DNA of 64,000 nucleotides from a virus (Duplodnaviria; Caudoviricetes): IMG/VR virus record IMGVR_UViG_3300049012_000071, positions 37,653 to 101,652 of that record; one strand, 5' to 3'. Shown piece by piece: positions 59,135 to 64,000 of this stretch (position 1 is its first letter; each line of letters starts with the position of its first letter). The notes under the pieces were generated by a model. It saw only the letters and a program-made list of their open reading frames with translations, ran no database searches and was not told where the DNA came from. The position numbers and the translations under genes were made by a program.

Positions 59135-59261
59135 TGGAGCAGGGTAGGCGCGGCGACCGGGCGGCGTCCAGCGTGACGTACGTTCATGTACGTCGACAAC
59201 GTTTCGATCCACCAGCGGCCCGCCTCCATGAGCGCGGGTCGCGCGCATCTCGGACGAACCC

Positions 59262-60383
59262 ATGCCCACACCCAATGCGACGCTGCTGGCCAGCGTGAAC
59301 GGCGGAGCTCCGACCACCGGCGGCATCACCGCGGCCGCAGGCGACACCGTCCAGTTTACCTTCCAGAACACCATCGGCTGGCGCAACAGCTGCCGCTTGG
59401 AGCTGTCGTTTCCCGACGGCTTCTCGCTGCCGTCTGGCTGGAGCTCGGAGACCGTCGGCGGCCACACGGTCTACTACGTCCTCGGGAACACGACGCCGCC
59501 GGTCATCACGCTGGGACCCTGGGGCAAATACATGCCCAAGCTCATCGTAAACGGCGGCGTCGCCACGGATGAGGCCACGGCGATCTCCGTGCCGTCCCCG
59601 GGCGGGCTACTCGACCTCGGGCATCGCGAGGCCGGGCAGTTCGGAGGTTCCGCAGAGGGGTGGGCGGCAGACCAGCGCGCGAACCTGCGGACGATCGAGG
59701 CCGGTCTGGGCGGAGGGAGCGGTGTCGTCGCCCCCACGGCCGACACGCTGCTGCTGCGCGGCTCCGCTGGCGAGGGGCGCGTGGCTCGCATCGAGACGTC
59801 GATCGTGCGCACTACGGCTGGGGGGGACACGGTTCTGCAGGAGGGAGAGGACACGTATGTCCGATTCCGCTCGCAGGACACGTGCGACCAGCCCGGCGAC
59901 GTGCGATTCGACGCTTCGACGGGCGAACCGTTCGCGTACGTAGACGGGCGCGGCGAAGTCTCGCTCCGGGAGTGGACGGTACGCGTCCCCCGATTCGCGC
60001 CGGACGCCGCGGCGGGCGATACGGTCGAGATTCCCATCAGCGGTCCGCCTGGTGTCCTGTGGACGATCACCGCTGCTCGATACATCGCGAACGACATCCT
60101 GTTCGCGGACGCTTCCAACTACGCAGTTCTGAGGGTGCGAGTCAATGACGGCGGGTCGTTCCTGGGGGACGCGGCGATCGGTAACACCACGCCGAGCGGC
60201 ACCAACTCCACCGGCGATTGGGTGCCCTACGCGAATGTTAATCTGACGCTTCAGGCTGGGTTGCTGGCGTTCCCATTCAATGGAACAGACCGCATCGCAT
60301 TCGCGATCGGCAAGGTAGGCACCGGCGTAATCGTGCCGGCCGGGGTACTCGAGGTCGTCTGCGTGCCTTGGCAGGACCCCTGA
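59262..60383 (+). CDS. tail-associated structural protein
   Basis: Thr/Gly beta-rich; TADTLLLRGSAG fibre-type motif. Confidence 0.55.
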   Translation: MPTPNATLLASVNGGAPTTGGITAAAGDTVQFTFQNTIGWRNSCRLELSFPDGFSLPSGWSSETVGGHTVYYVLGNTTPPVITLGPWGKYMPKLIVNGGVATDEATAISVPSPGGLLDLGHREAGQFGGSAEGWAADQRANLRTIEAGLGGGSGVVAPTADTLLLRGSAGEGRVARIETSIVRTTAGGDTVLQEGEDTYVRFRSQDTCDQPGDVRFDASTGEPFAYVDGRGEVSLREWTVRVPRFAPDAAAGDTVEIPISGPPGVLWTITAARYIANDILFADASNYAVLRVRVNDGGSFLGDAAIGNTTPSGTNSTGDWVPYANVNLTLQAGLLAFPFNGTDRIAFAIGKVGTGVIVPAGVLEVVCVPWQDP

Positions 60384-60393
60384 CGGAGGCCCC

Positions 60394-60786
60394 ATGACCA
60401 TCGCCGATCTTGTGCCCCTCGTCGTCGCGCTGGGCGGCGGCGGCGGCATCTATGCCGTGATCCGCGGGCTCCGCGGTCGATCTGCGCCCGACGCCGACCG
60501 CGAGAGCCCGGTCCCGCAGGACCGGAGCGCCGAGCGCGGGAGCCGCTGCGTCACGCACGCGGACCTCGCCGCTGCCCTGGCCCAGCACCGTGTCGAGTTC
60601 GATGCGAGGATCGACTCCGCCGAGGCGGATTGCGAGCGGCGCACGCAGGAGGCGGCGGAGCGTAGCGCGGCCCAGTACGAGCGGCTCGCCGGCCAGCTCG
60701 GCAGCGCGAAGGAGTCGGTGGCTCACGTGGTCGGGCTCCTCGAAGGCATCAGGTCGGGGCAACCCCAGAGCAGGAGGGGTCGCTGA
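60394..60786 (+). CDS. single-TM coiled-coil protein (lysis region)
   Basis: GGAGG RBS; N-terminal TM. Confidence 0.55.
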   Translation: MTIADLVPLVVALGGGGGIYAVIRGLRGRSAPDADRESPVPQDRSAERGSRCVTHADLAAALAQHRVEFDARIDSAEADCERRTQEAAERSAAQYERLAGQLGSAKESVAHVVGLLEGIRSGQPQSRRGR

Positions 60787-60971
60787 TGCGCACCTCAGGG
60801 ACGGGCACCGAGGCGGACATCACCGGGCGGATGCGAGCCGTCATGGACGGCGGCTACTCCGAGGCGGAGCGGGAGGCCGGCGCGCTGCTGGAGAGCCTCG
60901 ACGAGCTCATCTCGCTGCTCGACGAGGTGCCGCTCGAAGGCCTGCTGGAGCCGCGCTGCGCTGGGGAGTGA
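60786..60971 (+). CDS. small acidic protein
   Basis: TGATG overlap. Confidence 0.5.
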   Translation: MRTSGTGTEADITGRMRAVMDGGYSEAEREAGALLESLDELISLLDEVPLEGLLEPRCAGE

Positions 60972-60975
60972 CCCG

Positions 60976-61245
60976 TCAGTGCGCGCGTTCGGGCGCGGCG
61001 GCGTCCTTCTCCAGCTGCCGCTGGTAGGCCTCGCGGCGGGCGCGGCGCCGGAGCTCCCGCCCGCGGGCCGGTTCGAGGTCGTCGAGGCGCGAGCGGTCGA
61101 AGCGCTGGTCGGCGCGGTACCTGGCGACCTTGGCTTCTAGGCCCCTCACCTTGGACCACAGCCAGAAGATCAAGAGCCCGCATAGCCCTGTGCATGCCGC
61201 GCACACGGCCAGAAGCAGAGTCAAGATCCGCGCCGGTTCATCCAC
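60976..61245 (-). CDS. single-TM protein with charged helical tail
   Basis: ILTLLLAVCAACTGLCGLLIFWLW; overlaps the upstream membrane gene. Confidence 0.6.
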   Translation of the reverse strand: MDEPARILTLLLAVCAACTGLCGLLIFWLWSKVRGLEAKVARYRADQRFDRSRLDDLEPARGRELRRRARREAYQRQLEKDAAAPERAH

Positions 61246-61868
61246 AGGGTGAGCGTTTCATAGCTTACCACGGCGCCGAAGGCGATGAATTGGACCGTGC
61301 GCGCGACGATCCAGTCATCCACGGGCACACCGCGGGCGTAGGCGAAGAGCGCGGACGCCTGACCGACGGTGAGCGCAAGCGGCACGAGATGGTGCGCCAT
61401 CAAGACTTCGCCCTCCCGGAGGCGACGCGCGATCTCGATCCCACCCAGGACGAACACCCCCGTGCAGCAGAGCGCCGAGAACGCGCCGTAGAACCACCAC
61501 CGCGGCTCGAGCCGCAGGGCAGGGTAGGCGAGGGCGGCCCCGATGGCTGCCACGGCCCAGAGCGCCGCAGCCGGCCACGGCGAGCGCCTCCGGAACACCA
61601 CGATGGCTACGCCGAGGAGTGCAGCCGGCCAGCTCAGGAGCAGCGCCGCGTGCGCGTGCAGCAGGAGCGCCTCGGCGCCCGCGTACGGCACCGGCTCGGC
61701 CTCGATGCGGGCAGCGATCGCCCACTGCGCCAGGTCGTGCAGCGGAACCCACAGCAGCGCCAAAGCGACGGGTCGGTAGAACGGCCACATGGCGCGCGTG
61801 CCCCAGCCACGCCAGAGGGCGAGGCCGAGGAGCGCTGCGAGGCTGGTGAGGGCGGACAGCAACGTCAC
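61221..61868 (-). CDS. polytopic (~6-7 TM) membrane protein
   Basis: Successive hydrophobic helices. Confidence 0.75.
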   Translation of the reverse strand: MTLLSALTSLAALLGLALWRGWGTRAMWPFYRPVALALLWVPLHDLAQWAIAARIEAEPVPYAGAEALLLHAHAALLLSWPAALLGVAIVVFRRRSPWPAAALWAVAAIGAALAYPALRLEPRWWFYGAFSALCCTGVFVLGGIEIARRLREGEVLMAHHLVPLALTVGQASALFAYARGVPVDDWIVARTVQFIAFGAVVSYETLTLWMNRRGS

Positions 61869-61900
61869 AAGCCCGTGACGGTATCACGGGCGGTCTCGGA

Positions 61901-62152
61901 TCAGGTGGTGCCCTGCTTACCACCGATGGGCGGGGGATCGACGGGGGCCGGGAGCCGGCCGCCGATCGGAGGCGGATCGATGGAGCGTGGCGCCGTGGCC
62001 GCGTTGAAGGCGGCGATCGCTGTCTCTACGGCCTTGATCTTCTCGCTGAAGTTCAAGGCGCCCATTCCGGCATCCTTAGCGGTCGCTCGATCCAACAGGT
62101 CATCCGCGACACTCAGCAGCTTGTCGCGCACTTGATCAACAGACTTTGCCAT
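61901..62152 (-). CDS. 83-aa peptide with two (I/V)DPPPIGG(R/K) repeats, leaderless
   Basis: TGcTAACGT-N6-ATG; helical N-terminus and repeated C-terminal core. Confidence 0.7.
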   Translation of the reverse strand: MAKSVDQVRDKLLSVADDLLDRATAKDAGMGALNFSEKIKAVETAIAAFNAATAPRSIDPPPIGGRLPAPVDPPPIGGKQGTT

Positions 62153-62221
62153 GCGGTGACGTTAGCACGGCTGCGCCGTGCCTGCGTCCGCTCTCTGACA
62201 ACCCGTTCCCCCAAGGACCAG

Positions 62222-62695
62222 ATGCACAGGTTTCTCGTTCTCATCATCTCGCTCTTCGCTCTCACCGCGTGCCCGCCCGTGACCCCGGCGCCGCCGCCCG
62301 AAGCGGGCGCCTTCTCGACCGCCGCCTCCGGAGCTGGCGGAGACGCTGGGAGCGCTGAGGCCTCGGCCACGAGCGCCGTCTCGTCGGTCACCTCCCCCTC
62401 GACGGGCGCGCCCACGGATGGCTGCGTCGGCCCGAGCCCGAAGCACAAGACCTGCGACAACCCGGGCGATTGTTACGATTCGAGTGCCTGTACGGAGGAC
62501 CTGTGCGACCTCGGCACGCCGCCTGACCCGCCCGATCCGTTCGGCCGCAAGGGGACCTGCCTCTGGAAGCTCATCGCGGATGGCGCGCCCTGCGACGTCT
62601 CCCCGGGCCACGACACCTGCCGGGCCGGTGCGTGCTGCCCGCCGGTTGATGGCGACGCTGGCGCGACCACCTTGCAGCTGCCGGAGGCGAGGTGA
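62222..62695 (+). CDS. Cys-rich lipoprotein
   Basis: Lipobox LTAC; C.D...CTEDLC. Confidence 0.7.
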   Translation: MHRFLVLIISLFALTACPPVTPAPPPEAGAFSTAASGAGGDAGSAEASATSAVSSVTSPSTGAPTDGCVGPSPKHKTCDNPGDCYDSSACTEDLCDLGTPPDPPDPFGRKGTCLWKLIADGAPCDVSPGHDTCRAGACCPPVDGDAGATTLQLPEAR

Positions 62696-63051
62696 CCATG
62701 CTCGCCGCCCTCAAGAGCTGGAAGACCACGGCCGCCAGCGTTGTTGCCGCCATCGGCGTGGCCGCGCAGGTCGTGGTCGAGATGGCCGAGGCGCCCGCGA
62801 AATGGCGCCTGATCGCGATGATCGTCAACGCCGTCGCGCTCGCGGTGCTCGGGGCCGTCGCCCGCGACAACAGCAAGACCTCGGAGGATGTCGGCGCGGC
62901 GAAGACGCCGGGGCCGATCGTCCCCGACGACGCCGTCCGGATCCCCGCTGGAGCCGACGCCGAGGCGATTTCGAAAGCTGTCCAGGCGGCCGTGACGTCG
63001 GCGCTCGCGCTGCGCAAGGCTGGCGGCGCCCCGCCGGAGCCGCCGCAGTGA
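62692..63051 (+). CDS. putative holin
   Basis: KSWKTT, 2 TM, ARD; GAGG RBS. Confidence 0.6.
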   Translation: MTMLAALKSWKTTAASVVAAIGVAAQVVVEMAEAPAKWRLIAMIVNAVALAVLGAVARDNSKTSEDVGAAKTPGPIVPDDAVRIPAGADAEAISKAVQAAVTSALALRKAGGAPPEPPQ

Positions 63052-63527
63052 CCCGCGCCCTCGCGATCCTCGTCGCGCTGGTGGCGCTGCTCTCCGGGTG
63101 CGCCGCCGGCGTCCAGGACATCGGCCAGCAGGACCGGCGCGCTATCACCGCAGCCGACGCCGCTCACGCTCTGGTCGCGGCCCACGACCTGCTGGAGGAT
63201 GTCGGCGACGCCCTCGAGGCGGTCCACACGGCTGCCGCTGCCCGAGCGCGCGCGACCGCACCGGACGACGCTGCGAAACACCGCGCGATCGACGAGGTGC
63301 AGGCCAAGTTCCTCCCGGCCTGGGACGCGTACGAGGCGGCGCAGGCCACGTACATCGCCGCGGCAGCCGTGGTGCGCGCTGCGCAGCTGGCCGAACTCGC
63401 GGGAAGGGCGCCCGACCCGACCGCGATCGCCGGGGCCGTGCTGGCGCTGATCGGCGCGTGCGATGCGCTCTCCCGCGCAGCTGCCGCCGTGGGGCTGCCG
63501 GAGCTGCAGAAGGCGGTGGGGCGATGA
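63048..63527 (+). CDS. helical lipoprotein (possible spanin component)
   Basis: Lipobox LSGC; follows holin. Confidence 0.55.
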   Translation: MTRALAILVALVALLSGCAAGVQDIGQQDRRAITAADAAHALVAAHDLLEDVGDALEAVHTAAAARARATAPDDAAKHRAIDEVQAKFLPAWDAYEAAQATYIAAAAVVRAAQLAELAGRAPDPTAIAGAVLALIGACDALSRAAAAVGLPELQKAVGR

Positions 63528-63799
63528 AGTCCGAGACCACCTGGACCGCGGTCGCTGTTGCCGTCGTCGGCCTGGCCACCGCGCTCGTTCGCGTGTTCGG
63601 CGGCCGTCGCCGCGCCGCGCCCGCAGCCGCGCAGCAGCCGCCCGCCTCTCCGCCGCCTGTGCCACCTGCGCCAGCCGGCCGCCGTGACACCGCCATCGCC
63701 GCCGCCGCACACGAGGCGGTCGAGCGTGAAGCCGCCGCGCGCCGGCCCGAGCCCGCCAAGCCCAGCGACGACTTCATCGAGCCGAGGGATCTCCAGTGA
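63524..63799 (+). CDS. single-TM Pro-rich protein
   Basis: N-terminal TM; ATGA overlap. Confidence 0.55.
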   Translation: MKSETTWTAVAVAVVGLATALVRVFGGRRRAAPAAAQQPPASPPPVPPAPAGRRDTAIAAAAHEAVEREAAARRPEPAKPSDDFIEPRDLQ

Positions 63800-64000
63800 C
63801 CGCACGCATCATCTCCGCTGGCAGCGGCGAGCGCCGCGCGCTGGTCCTCGCCTACCTCGTGCCTCCGGTCCGCCGCCCCGGCGACCCGCACCTCGACGAC
63901 CAGATCCGCGCGGCGCTGCCCGGGGCCTGCGTCATCGCGTACAGCGACGCCGACGGCGAGCCGCTGGCAGCGTCGGAGGCGCGCGCCCGCGCGACAGGCT
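63796..64000 (+). CDS. hypothetical protein, truncated by window end
   Basis: GTGA overlap; open to the end. Confidence 0.45.
   Translation, partial: MTARIISAGSGERRALVLAYLVPPVRRPGDPHLDDQIRAALPGACVIAYSDADGEPLAASEARARATG

Larger units (their letters stand above)
1..64000 (+). mobile_element. Temperate myovirus-type phage genome segment (Mu-like virion genes, tyrosine integrase, initiator/DnaB replication)
   Basis: Co-directional, overlapping (ATGA/GTGA) phage genes throughout; integrase, terminase, portal, capsid, sheath and baseplate present; no host housekeeping block. Confidence 0.95.

Noticed and set aside
56932-60383. Diversity-generating retroelement or invertible tail-fibre cassette
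   Set aside because: No reverse transcriptase, TR/VR pair or invertase seen in the window
60394-64000. Endolysin
   Set aside because: No muramidase, amidase or peptidase motif recognised; it may lie beyond the window

Overview
The whole window is a very GC-rich temperate phage genome segment, almost entirely on the + strand. The host is probably a myxobacterium (Sorangium/Polyangium-like); this is inferred from Gly-linker/Cys-rich proteins and the integration layout. Gene order: early/accessory genes; excisionase and a tyrosine integrase whose ORF contains an attP core (3' half of tRNA-Arg(CCG)); nucleases, tmk, DUF1643, RusA-like and MT-A70 genes; replication initiator with iterons and DnaB; a squalene/phytoene-synthase-like gene; terS/terL; then ~10 kb between terL and portal, starting with a five-operator/five-promoter switch around a leaderless HTH gene. 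After that come a Mu-like head (DUF935 portal, fused S49 + HK97-type protease + scaffold, MCP), a Mu-like contractile tail with a -1 frameshift and duplicated chaperone, tail-fibre-like genes, reverse-strand morons and a putative lysis region. The best candidates for new biology are a leaderless reverse-strand operon (repeated-core DPPPIGG peptide + multi-TM protein + small TM protein), the symmetric operator-controlled small-gene module, and the integrase with an inserted HTH and internal attP. All family calls come from motif recognition by eye; no database searches were run.
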